Shown one piece after another: positions 38,531 to 48,572 of a stretch of DNA of 64,000 nt (its first letter is position 1; every line of letters starts with the position of its first letter). Location: the IMG/VR virus record IMGVR_UViG_3300031746_000002, positions 32,001-96,000 of that record, one strand, 5' to 3'. Both the position numbers and the translations under genes were made by a program. Under the pieces are notes generated by a model that saw only the letters and a list, made by a program, of their open reading frames with translations, had not been told where the DNA came from and did not search any database. The DNA comes from a virus.

Positions 38531-39129
38531 TATTAATAGTGAGATTAAGGAATCATCTGAGGACTCGTATGAGGGTCAATTTTCTACAATTACCACAGTT
38601 AAAGACAAAGATGGTAAAGAAATTCAAATGCCATCTTTAGTGAAATCATTTTTTGATGTATTTAAAAAATGGTTAGAAAAATATAAAGATAAGCGTGTAT
38701 GTATTAAGATTACAACTATTGAAGGTACCAATGATGAAACAAAAATAGAAAGTCATGATACAAAAGAAGAGAGTATAACAATAGAAGGGAAACCAGAATG
38801 ACATTTAGAATTATATTGATTGAAACAAAAACTTGGTTAAGAACTATTTGGTATAATATTAAGAATTATAAAAAGATAAAAGAAGCAAAGAAACAGGAAG
38901 AACTACAAAAAATTGCTGAAGCTAAAAAAACACCACAAGAAAAAATGCAAGAAGAATTAGCTAAAAAGTCACCACAAGAGCTTAAACGAATAAATAAAAG
39001 AATTGAAGAATTAAGACTTAGAGGCAGACCAATTATTTGTGCTAATTGTAAAAGACCGGGTATCACAAAACAAACAGGTGCTTTTATTAAAACAATGGTT
39101 GATGGTGAAGAACTTTATATTCATGAGGC

Positions 39130-39720
39130 ATGCAAATGATTATTTTTATTCCGCAAGGTGAGCATTTAGAAAAATATGAAAATGGTATGAGAGTTGTATG
39201 TATAGAAGCTTGTGATGGTAATATGGATATAATGGGCAAGCATGGTACTGTAATAAATGATAAATATAAGCGCCCACTCATATTATTTGACCAAGAGGTT
39301 AATGGTCATGACGGATATGAAAAAGGTTCAAAGAATAGAGCTAGGTGTTGGTTAGTTAACAATCAGTATCTAATAGTAATGCCACGGCAGGCAAATAAAA
39401 AAGCCGAAGATAAAACGAAAACAAAGGAGGAAACAGAAATGGCAAAGATGAGAAAGTTGTTTGAGTTAATTGTGTTTGACCCAAAGCAGCAGAAGGTGAT
39501 TTACAAAGACATCATTCCAGCTGATGATGAGAAAGAAGTATTGATTGAAGCTGATATCAAAGCCATCATGACAAAAGAAAGCATAGCAAAGCTTCGTGAT
39601 ATTGATATTCTTATTACCGAAAGAGGAAGTGTCAGGTCTGATATTTCAGAAATTCCAGTGAAGATGGTTATTCAAGCTGGGAAAACAATATTGTTAAGAG
39701 AAGAAGAGGGGAAAAACTAA
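39130..39720 (+). CDS. Hypothetical protein with strong internal start at 39439
   Basis: In-frame ATG 39439 preceded by AGGAGG. Confidence 0.55.
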   Translation: MQMIIFIPQGEHLEKYENGMRVVCIEACDGNMDIMGKHGTVINDKYKRPLILFDQEVNGHDGYEKGSKNRARCWLVNNQYLIVMPRQANKKAEDKTKTKEETEMAKMRKLFELIVFDPKQQKVIYKDIIPADDEKEVLIEADIKAIMTKESIAKLRDIDILITERGSVRSDISEIPVKMVIQAGKTILLREEEGKN

Positions 39721-39726
39721 TTGAAT

Positions 39727-39797
39727 TTCCGGGTCGACTAATGGCAGGTCAACAGGCTTTGAACCTGTCAGTGTAGGTTCGAATCCTACCCCGGAAG
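39727..39797 (+). tRNA. tRNA-Gln(TTG), CCA not encoded
   Basis: Canonical cloverleaf; anticodon arm ACAGG-CTTTGAA-CCTGT. Confidence 0.93.
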
Positions 39798-39810
39798 TTT
39801 AGGAGAAAAC

Positions 39811-40161
39811 ATGAGTATATTAAAAATAGCTATTGGTTTGGAAGAAGACAACATAGAATTATTCAAAGAATTAAGAGCAATAGGAGTAGAACCAGAAGCA
39901 GGAGACACAGCAGTAAAATGGAATGCTAATGACCCTGATGAAGTTATAAAAGCAAAAGCTGCATTTAATGTTGCATTAAAACAATACGGAAAAGATGCTA
40001 TCATTTATTCTATAGGTAAGGATGGGAAGAAAGATAAAGAGCTTAAAGAGTTTGACCCATTAGCAGAGGAAATTTTAGTATTACCAAAACCACATCCGGG
40101 ACCAGACCCAGGTTCTGAATTTTCTTATGGCAGCGAATTTGATATGAAGGAGTTAGGATAA
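39811..40161 (+). CDS. Hypothetical phage protein
   Basis: GDTAVKW...EFDPLAEEIL motif; RBS. Confidence 0.65.
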   Translation: MSILKIAIGLEEDNIELFKELRAIGVEPEAGDTAVKWNANDPDEVIKAKAAFNVALKQYGKDAIIYSIGKDGKKDKELKEFDPLAEEILVLPKPHPGPDPGSEFSYGSEFDMKELG

Positions 40162-40163
40162 TT

Positions 40164-41663
40164 ATGCCAACACTACCTTTAGTATATACAGAACCTATGT
40201 GTTCAGACCCAATGACACAACTTATAAATTCATGCTTAGCAAGCATAGTATGTACAAGAGAAGAAGCTGCAATATTAAGAAAATTTAATGTATTACATAA
40301 TTTAAATCCATATTCACTTCAAGAGGAAATAAGTATAAGAGGTACTTTTCAAATTCCATTAGAAGTAACAAAAAGAAATGATATGAGTTGGGTTCCTTCT
40401 GGAGTACTTGATAGTGAAGCAGCTAAAAAATTATTAGAAGTAAGATTTAAGAATTGTAGGTTTATGTCTAATGTAGATGTGGCACATGAAGAACTTGTTT
40501 ATTCAAGAGATTCGCAAAAAGCAATTATAAGACGTTTATTAGATAGACAACTTCATGAGATTAAAACATTACATAGAAAAGAAATGAAGAAAGAAATGGA
40601 ACGAAGTAAACAATGCTTAGCTCCATTATCAATATTACCTACTCATGTAAAGGAGAATGATGCTATGGTTCTGCTTACAATGCAAGACATACGTCAAAGA
40701 TTTAATAAAATGGAAGCTGAACGATATGATATTGAAATGGGTTTTGGTGATACTCTTCTTGCTTATTCAGGGGCTACTAATATGGCAACAACTAATTATA
40801 AAAATTATGAAACTGCAGGTACTGTTACAAATGCTCAATACGGATACTTTGAAGAAACATTGCAACAGTATTACCCCCAAATTCAAATTAACCACATGAT
40901 GCCCGAAGGTACAATAATAATAGATGAACAAAGATTTGCTGAATATCCATTACATACTACGTATAGTACAACTACTGATACTAATAGTTATGAAGATTAT
41001 GCTTCAAGAATGCGGTATTATGAAATGATGGGAATTCCAAGTCCGTTTATGGCAAGTCCATACAATCCACAATTATTTGAAAATATTTCATCAGAAGCAT
41101 ATGAGTTACGAGAAAAACAACAGAAAGAAAGGCAATTCAAACTTCAATCAGCTGATGAAAAAGCACAGAAACTTTTGAAAGATATGATTAGTGAAATTGA
41201 TTTCAGACGATATAAAGAAAAAGGATATCTATTAGTTAAAGGTGAAAGTGGTAGAATTTATCGTATCTGGAATAATAATACAATGTTAGATGTTTATGAA
41301 CTAGAAGCGCATCAAAAAGATTATTCACAAAATGATAAAGACAGTCAAATGAGAATAATTAAACCTAATGAATTAGCTATACATTTATTGAAAGATGATA
41401 AGCTCACACTTCGTAGAAAACTTTGTATACATAGTCCAAGTAAAAATCTTCCGCAAACAGACGAAGTCATATTGAAATTTATCTTAGCTAAAAACGATGA
41501 AAAACGATTACTTGAAATGTCACATCATTTTATACAAAGTGAACAACCAACAGCACCTTCAGAACCATTTGGTTTTGGTCCATCACCAATTGATCCATCA
41601 AGAATAATGGATCCGAGATTATTTACTCCACAACCACATGAAAGGCTAGGGTTAATGAGATGA
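40164..41663 (+). CDS. Hypothetical multi-domain protein
   Basis: 499-aa ORF; C-terminal GESGRIYRI...LCIH domain. Confidence 0.65.
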   Translation: MPTLPLVYTEPMCSDPMTQLINSCLASIVCTREEAAILRKFNVLHNLNPYSLQEEISIRGTFQIPLEVTKRNDMSWVPSGVLDSEAAKKLLEVRFKNCRFMSNVDVAHEELVYSRDSQKAIIRRLLDRQLHEIKTLHRKEMKKEMERSKQCLAPLSILPTHVKENDAMVLLTMQDIRQRFNKMEAERYDIEMGFGDTLLAYSGATNMATTNYKNYETAGTVTNAQYGYFEETLQQYYPQIQINHMMPEGTIIIDEQRFAEYPLHTTYSTTTDTNSYEDYASRMRYYEMMGIPSPFMASPYNPQLFENISSEAYELREKQQKERQFKLQSADEKAQKLLKDMISEIDFRRYKEKGYLLVKGESGRIYRIWNNNTMLDVYELEAHQKDYSQNDKDSQMRIIKPNELAIHLLKDDKLTLRRKLCIHSPSKNLPQTDEVILKFILAKNDEKRLLEMSHHFIQSEQPTAPSEPFGFGPSPIDPSRIMDPRLFTPQPHERLGLMR

Positions 41664-42006
41664 AAGCTATTTACATTAAATGGGAATGTATCGAATCAGT
41701 GTTTCAACCAAAATTAATAAATGTTAATGAAATAAAAGAAACTATATATTACAGAAAATATATGGGCATAGGTATTATGGTTTCAGAAACAAAAGATAGC
41801 ATCATTTATACTCCAGCAATAAATGAAGGAAATTGTTGTTCATTAATAACAGTGCCAAAAAAATCGATTACACAATTAAAAGCTATAGACATAAACATGT
41901 TTGATGATATACTTGCAAAAGAAAATGAAAAGAAACAAAACGAACGAAAACAGAAAAAAGAAAAGAAAAAAGAAGAGAAGAACAAAGATGCAAATGGAGA
42001 TAAGAA

Positions 42007-42903
42007 ATGAAATATGTAGTGGACTATAATGTTAAAAAGAAATATGGTGGGTTTATTCCTACTAGTTTAATCACATATAAGATGCTTGCTAATGATGATG
42101 TATATAAAGATTATGGTAAACGGCTAGATGCTTTGATGGGAGATGAAATACCAATTCGTAGAGTGATTGGTGGTAATGTAAAGCAAAGGGGCGGTGGTAA
42201 ATTAGGTACTGACTATGATTTATCAAAGATCAATTCATTGCTTGCAAGATTTTTAATTAAGAAATTTACAATGCAAAATGATTTAATTTTAGATCCGTTT
42301 TTAAATAGAGGCGAAATAGGAATTGTAGCGAATGTATTGAAAAGACATTTTAAAGGTATAGACATCAGCAAACTTTATGTTGATTTCGTAAACAAACGAT
42401 GGGATACGTTGCTTAAAGAAAAAAATGAAATGATAAAACCAAACTATAGTTTCGATGTTTCTCTTGGAGATGCAACATTGATGACTGGTATTAAAGATAA
42501 TTCAATTGATGATATAATAACATCACCACCTTATTGGTATATGGAAATATATAATGATGTACCTGGAGAACTTAGCCATTACAAAAAATATAAAGACTTT
42601 TTAATTGAATATGAAAAATTTATTAAAAGAGCTTATGAAGTAATGAAACCACTTGACATTGGTGATTATAAACATTTCTTTGTTATTATAACTGGGAATG
42701 TCAGAGGACGAAAAGGATTTACAATACCATTTACTAATCATACGCAGCGGTTAGCTGTAAAGCATGGATTTAAATTATGGGATGAAATTATATATGTACG
42801 TAAAGAAATGGCTACAGTGTTTACTTACAAACGTGAAGAAGTGATGAAACGAGTTAAACGGGTGCATGAAACTGTTTCAATTTTTGTAAAGGTGGATAAA
42901 TAA
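42007..42903 (+). CDS. DNA amino-methyltransferase (N4C/N6A)
   Basis: ILDPF (degenerate motif I), GIDIS, TSPPY. Confidence 0.8.
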   Translation: MKYVVDYNVKKKYGGFIPTSLITYKMLANDDVYKDYGKRLDALMGDEIPIRRVIGGNVKQRGGGKLGTDYDLSKINSLLARFLIKKFTMQNDLILDPFLNRGEIGIVANVLKRHFKGIDISKLYVDFVNKRWDTLLKEKNEMIKPNYSFDVSLGDATLMTGIKDNSIDDIITSPPYWYMEIYNDVPGELSHYKKYKDFLIEYEKFIKRAYEVMKPLDIGDYKHFFVIITGNVRGRKGFTIPFTNHTQRLAVKHGFKLWDEIIYVRKEMATVFTYKREEVMKRVKRVHETVSIFVKVDK

Positions 42904-43085
42904 TGGCTGATATTAAACCACAATATCTTTGGTTGATTGAAAGAATGAAAAAATTAAAACATGGAACTATGATAATTCATATTCAAGATGGTGTACCAGT
43001 TAAAACTTCAAAGGAAGAAAGTGTTGCTGATTTTACATTTCAGGAATATCTAAAAGATATAGAAAATGAAAAGGATAAAAAATAA
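42903..43085 (+). CDS. DUF2292/YezD-like small protein
   Basis: LKHGTMIIHIQDGVPV pattern. Confidence 0.55.
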   Translation: MADIKPQYLWLIERMKKLKHGTMIIHIQDGVPVKTSKEESVADFTFQEYLKDIENEKDKK

Positions 43086-43087
43086 TT

Positions 43088-43939
43088 ATGCCAGTAGGAA
43101 TTTATAAACGAACTAAAAAAAATAGCAATAAAGGAAAGCATCTTACTAAAGAATGGTGCGATCATATAAGAAAAGGTAACTTAAAAGCTATCAAAGAAGG
43201 AAGACATAAATCTTGGAATAAGGGTTTAACAAAAGAAACAGATAAAAGATTAATGAATACAAGTAAAAATTTAAAAGGAAAAATTTCATGGAGTAAGGGA
43301 TTAACTAAAGAAAATAATTCGAGTTTAAGACATATGAGTAAATTATTAAAAAATCATACTACTTGGAATAAAGGATTAAAAAAAGATACCGACAAAAGAG
43401 TAAAAAATAGTGCAGAAAAATTAAGTAAAAAACTAATAGGACGAAAACTTTCTAAAAAGCATTGTATAAATATAGGTAAAGCAAGAATTGGTAAGCATCC
43501 GTCTATAAAAATAAGAAAAAATATGATAAAAGCTACAGCTAAAAGAATTTTTGAAGGAAAACAGAAACTTGGTACTAATGGTAAATATTCTAATGTCGTT
43601 ACTTATTTTTATTCAAAGAAAAATAATAAAACGTTTAGGACTGTTTCTAAAAACTATGAATTGAAATGTATTAAACATCTAGAAAATGATAATAATATAG
43701 TTAGTTATGATATGAATTGCTTAGCAATCAGATATTTTTATAAACAAAAATGGCATAACTATTTTCCTGATTTTATAGTAAAAGTTAAAAAAGGGAAAGA
43801 TATAATAATTGAATGTAAACCAAGTAATCATTTAAATGATGAGCAAGTCAAAATTAAGATAAAAGCAGCAAAAAAATATTGTAAGAAAAACAATACGATA
43901 TTTAAAGTTTGGACAGATGAAACAAAGGAAACCAAATGA
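43088..43939 (+). mobile_element. Free-standing homing endonuclease (WNKGL repeats plus TnsA-like PD-(D/E)xK domain)
   Basis: Three W[NS]KGL repeats, YFPDF...IIECKP. Confidence 0.8.
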
Positions 43940-44366
43940 ACGAACTATATTATAAAAAAATTATTAAAATATTAAATCTTGATAGTTATGATACTGAAAA
44001 AATAGAAAATTTAATTAAACTATTTATAGACACAGATCCAGAGTTTAGTCCCACAATGTTTAGGCTTTGGGTTCGTAATAAATATTATTTAGGTGCAATA
44101 TGAAATCGACTAAAGCAATGAAAGAACTTGACAAACAAATTAGGAAAACTATTAAAGAAATTATTAAAGACTTTGTAGGGTCACATAACGATGAAGTTAC
44201 AAGAAGCAGAATAAATTTAAAAGTTACAGAAGTATTAAACAAATTTTATCCAAAGTGCAAAGTAAAGATTAAGTTGAAGTCTAAACGAAACAGCATATAC
44301 AAATTCGAAGTTAAAGTGACTGACCTGTAAACAGAGGCATGCAGTAATAAGCTGACTGTAACGAGG

Positions 44367-44414
44367 AGGGCACTTCAAATAGTAGAAATACTATCTGGAG
44401 TGCCCTGTTTTTTT
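44367..44414 (+). terminator. Rho-independent terminator/attenuator before the late genes
   Basis: AGGGCACTTCA...TGGAGTGCCCT stem with GAAA-capped inner stem, followed by T7. Confidence 0.85.
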
Positions 44415-44825
44415 ATGAGACTATTTAAAAGAAAAAAACGATTTATAAAATTAGATTATAAATTTTTTGAAGACCAGCTTGAATATGATAAGTTTGTCGA
44501 AATACCAATGCCGATAGATAGCATATATGCATTAGCTGAAGACGCTAATGCATTACGTATATTACGAGAACGTCAAGATAAAAATAAGGAATATGTAGAA
44601 CTATTGAAACGATACATAAAACAAAAAAGATTTACCCCAATGCAAACATATGTAGTAACACTGCGTTTAGGATATACCAGAACTACATTCAAAAAAAAGT
44701 ACTATATTGGACCGCGAACAAATGCTCAAATAGCTACGATGCTAGGAATTAGTAAAGTGATGATAACTAAACACATCAAACGAGTTCGTGATAGAGTATC
44801 TCAGATTATCAAAAACAAGGGTTAA
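44415..44825 (+). CDS. Sigma70 region-4-like HTH regulator
   Basis: TPMQTYVVTLRLG...TNAQIATMLGISKVMI. Confidence 0.7.
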   Translation: MRLFKRKKRFIKLDYKFFEDQLEYDKFVEIPMPIDSIYALAEDANALRILRERQDKNKEYVELLKRYIKQKRFTPMQTYVVTLRLGYTRTTFKKKYYIGPRTNAQIATMLGISKVMITKHIKRVRDRVSQIIKNKG

Positions 44826-44923
44826 CCAATAATATTATTATATATTATAGATACAAAGAAATAGCACTACAATAATTGTAAACAATTGTAGTGAGCAGAA
44901 ACTGAGAGTGAGGTAAACGAACA

Positions 44924-45736
44924 ATGATAAATGAATCAACAGGGAAGACAATCAACGATTCAAAATATTCAGATGCAGTTATTTTAATGATCCAAAAAGG
45001 AATGTCAGATAGAGCTATTGCAAGTGAACTTAAGGAAAAATATAAATTCAAAGCAGATGGACGAACAGTAAAAGCTTTTAGAGATAATTTTGTTTTGTCA
45101 AATAAAGAAACACAGAAAAAGATTGCTGAATTAAAAAAGCAACGTGAAGAAAAGATAAAGAAAATACAAGAAGAGTTACCAACAAGAATTTTTGAGTCTA
45201 TAGAGTCTAGAAATAATCATATTAAAACATTGCAAGAACAAATTAAAGTAACTTCAAAAATTCAAGGCGAAATCCATGAATTCAGAAACCAGAAGCTTAG
45301 TGATATAAAAAGTATATATGAAAAGCTTGTAGCTGAATTACTTGCTTGGAAACCAGTAATTGATAAAGAAAAAGTTGAAGACAAAAAATCAAAGCAATTA
45401 ACTCAACTAAAAGATTTGGAAATTAAGCTAGAAGAATTAAAAAAGTTACCAGTTGAAAGAGCACTTACATTATATAGAGCAAACAATGATGCACAGATTA
45501 TGAAGTGCATCGATGAAATCAGAGTGCTTCAAGGTGAGATTGAGCAATACACACAACTTTATGATTTACAAGGATTAATAGACTTCGTAGCAAAAAAGGT
45601 AATCGATATTGTTGGAATGTTAATAATCCCAGAAATAGATAAAAATAAAGTAAGCATTGTAGTACCTCGGTTTAAAGCGGAAGTATCTAAAGCAATAGAT
45701 GAGATAAAAGAAAAAACGATGCTGGAGGCAAAATGA
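44924..45736 (+). CDS. HTH plus coiled-coil protein, possible terminase small subunit
   Basis: GMSDRAIASEL HTH; upstream of the large terminase. Confidence 0.45.
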   Translation: MINESTGKTINDSKYSDAVILMIQKGMSDRAIASELKEKYKFKADGRTVKAFRDNFVLSNKETQKKIAELKKQREEKIKKIQEELPTRIFESIESRNNHIKTLQEQIKVTSKIQGEIHEFRNQKLSDIKSIYEKLVAELLAWKPVIDKEKVEDKKSKQLTQLKDLEIKLEELKKLPVERALTLYRANNDAQIMKCIDEIRVLQGEIEQYTQLYDLQGLIDFVAKKVIDIVGMLIIPEIDKNKVSIVVPRFKAEVSKAIDEIKEKTMLEAK

Positions 45737-45938
45737 AAACTAAAGAATATACAGTACCTATAGTAGCAGGTCTTCTTCAAACAGCAGCAAATCAAATTGA
45801 AGATGCATTATTAAACGATAACCGAATAACCGAGGATAATAGAGAACTACTGAAAAAATTATATCGTAGTACACAAACATCAAGTTGTTTAGCTAATCAG
45901 TTATCTCAAAACCTCAAAACACAAAAGGAGAAAATAAA

Positions 45939-48569
45939 ATGAAATGGTTATCTAGAATAACAGCAGTTGCAACTGAAGTTGAAGAGGTAACAAAAGAAGT
46001 ATATAGACGTACGTTTGAAGATATGGCAAAGCGCTACATTGAACTCAATAAAAAAATGGAAGAGTCAGAAGCATTAATAGAACAAGCAATAGAAGAGATC
46101 AATGCAAGACTTGAAATAGCAAAGCTTACTGAAGTTACTGAAAAAGAAGAAAATATACTTAAAGCAATGCTCTATAAATTAGAGGAGCATAAAAAATCTA
46201 TAGATGGTTGGGAATTAAAATTAGCTCAAGCAAAAAAGAAATCACTCAAATCAAAAGACTTCATAGAAGAAATAACCGAAACATTTACTGAAATTAATCC
46301 TGCCTATAAGCAAATGATAGAATTCATTGCTTCAAAACATACAGAATATCCAGAACTAGATGATATTGATACTTATAAAATAACTCTTAAAAAAGAAAAG
46401 AAAGCCGGACTTAAGATAAATGCTGCTTTTGTAGAAAAATTTAAAGCAGCATTGGGTAAGTTCATAAACTGGTTAAAAGATAAATGGGACAGCATAATTG
46501 GAAAGATAGATAAAAAATATGCTGACATTGAAGATGCTATGAAAGAATTAGAAAATGCCCCGATGTTGGTAGTTAAAGAAGCTTCAATAGAAAAAGAAGC
46601 AAAATCAATAACAATTGAAGAATATAAAGCTGGAATAGTTGATGCTGTTGAAAGAGCATTTCCAGGAAAAACTTTTAGTATTGGTGTTTCTAGTATTTTA
46701 ACAGATCAGAATTTTCATACTCCTTTAGAGGCATTAGTTGAAGCTGGAATATGTGCAAAGCCAACAAGCAAATATGATTTTATGGCTATCATTGATGCAG
46801 ACAAAAAAGAAGCAGATGATTTAACGACAGTAATAGCTGATCATGATAATAAAATAGGTTATATAGGAATGGGTGGGGATAAAGTTGTTTTAGAAGAAAC
46901 AGCTTCATTAAAAAAAGAAGCAAGAGATTGGAAATATAAAGTTTACATTCCTGTTAATGCAGATAAATATGAAGACCCAACTGATGAAGGTGCATTAGAA
47001 CTTGCAAAAATAGCAGTCAATGAAATTACAAGAATACTTTCTACTGTTCCTGCTGAAAAAGATGATCTTAAAGATCAGTTAGAAAGTGTTAAGATGGAAT
47101 TTGAAGATGTTGTAGCAGTCGAAGATTTCGATGCAGCTTTAGAAACATTATATGATATGGGAGATAGTGAATCTATTTGGATAGAGACATATGAAAAGAA
47201 AGGTTCATTAAGTAAAGAAGCAGAAGAAAAAACTTTTGAAATTCCAACAGGCAATGCTCAGCTAGTATATAGTATAGATGGCATAGTAGGTGAAGAGTTT
47301 GAAGTTGATAGAGGAGGCACAATGCTTCCTATTGGAAAATATAAAGTTGTTACAAAACCAAAAGTTGATGTAGAACATTCTGGACCCTGGGGAACTTATT
47401 CAACTATCCTTGTTGAAAGAATTGCAGGGAATAGAGTTACATTGAAAAAGAAAGCAGGAGCAGTATGTAAAGAATGCGGCAAAGATATGATGGACCCAAC
47501 AGCAAAATCATGTACTTATCCTAAAATTAAGATTGATGGGGAAATCTATAATAGAGACACAGAATATTTTGATGTAAATGAAAGATGTCATGATTGTAAC
47601 ATAGTAAATAAAAAAGGAAACATACATCATTTTGGCTGCGATATTGAAAGATGTCCAAAATGTAACGGTCAAATTATAAGCTGTGAATGCAAAAAAGAAT
47701 TTCTTATTGGTCCAGATGGACAGGAAAGCAAAGCATCAATGAAAAAAGAAGCAACATCATATACTGATTTCTTAACAAACCGCGGAACTGAAATTAAACA
47801 GGCTATTAAGCAGTTAAATGAAATTCATAAAATATATGATAGTCTTTCTGAAGAAATTCTTGATAAAGCTCATGACAAAGTAGCAGGAATATATGATAAA
47901 AATGTTCCAGATTATATAGAAGATTGGGTTGCTGATGGAGATGCAGACGTTGATAGTATTGCTAGTTTAGCACTTAGTAATCAGGACAATTATGGAACAG
48001 AAAAACAAATGATATTATATGCTATAGAAGATTTTTATAACGTGATTATGAGAGGTAGAAAAGAATCTTCATTGAGAAAGAAAGCAGATAGTTATAATCC
48101 TTATATGTATACCTCTCCAACTGGTCCAGCTACTTCAGATGCTAAAACTAATCATAAGAAATATATGGTTAAATTTAAAGAAGCTGATGGGTCATGGAAA
48201 TTCTCTACAATGGAAGATGATCTTGAAGCAGCTAAGTCACAGGCACAAGAAATATATAATAATGAAAAGAAGAAATCAAAGGTAATTGATACTACTACAA
48301 GCAATGTTATCTTTGTTATAGGTGCTGAAAATAGTGAAACACTTAAACGTTATGCAAGTTTAGATGCTGATATTGATGCAATGGAAAAAAATGAACATAA
48401 AAAACATGTTGAAGGATTTAAAAAAGCAGCATCTTTACAAGCTAACATAGAAAAAGAAGTATATCAATGTGATAATTGTCATATCAGGCTTGGTAGATTT
48501 ATAAAGCAGCTTCCAGACAGTTGCCCACGCTGTGGAAAGCAAGTAAAATTTGACAATGTAATAAGGTAG
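45939..48569 (+). CDS. Modular head-region protein with repeated S-L-x-K-x-A motifs
   Basis: Six or more motif copies separating short unrelated modules. Confidence 0.65.
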   Translation: MKWLSRITAVATEVEEVTKEVYRRTFEDMAKRYIELNKKMEESEALIEQAIEEINARLEIAKLTEVTEKEENILKAMLYKLEEHKKSIDGWELKLAQAKKKSLKSKDFIEEITETFTEINPAYKQMIEFIASKHTEYPELDDIDTYKITLKKEKKAGLKINAAFVEKFKAALGKFINWLKDKWDSIIGKIDKKYADIEDAMKELENAPMLVVKEASIEKEAKSITIEEYKAGIVDAVERAFPGKTFSIGVSSILTDQNFHTPLEALVEAGICAKPTSKYDFMAIIDADKKEADDLTTVIADHDNKIGYIGMGGDKVVLEETASLKKEARDWKYKVYIPVNADKYEDPTDEGALELAKIAVNEITRILSTVPAEKDDLKDQLESVKMEFEDVVAVEDFDAALETLYDMGDSESIWIETYEKKGSLSKEAEEKTFEIPTGNAQLVYSIDGIVGEEFEVDRGGTMLPIGKYKVVTKPKVDVEHSGPWGTYSTILVERIAGNRVTLKKKAGAVCKECGKDMMDPTAKSCTYPKIKIDGEIYNRDTEYFDVNERCHDCNIVNKKGNIHHFGCDIERCPKCNGQIISCECKKEFLIGPDGQESKASMKKEATSYTDFLTNRGTEIKQAIKQLNEIHKIYDSLSEEILDKAHDKVAGIYDKNVPDYIEDWVADGDADVDSIASLALSNQDNYGTEKQMILYAIEDFYNVIMRGRKESSLRKKADSYNPYMYTSPTGPATSDAKTNHKKYMVKFKEADGSWKFSTMEDDLEAAKSQAQEIYNNEKKKSKVIDTTTSNVIFVIGAENSETLKRYASLDADIDAMEKNEHKKHVEGFKKAASLQANIEKEVYQCDNCHIRLGRFIKQLPDSCPRCGKQVKFDNVIR

Positions 48570-48572
48570 GCT

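Noticed and set aside
43088-43939. TnsA-like gene as part of a Tn7 transposon
   Set aside because: No tnsB/tnsC or terminal repeats; the architecture fits a free-standing homing endonuclease
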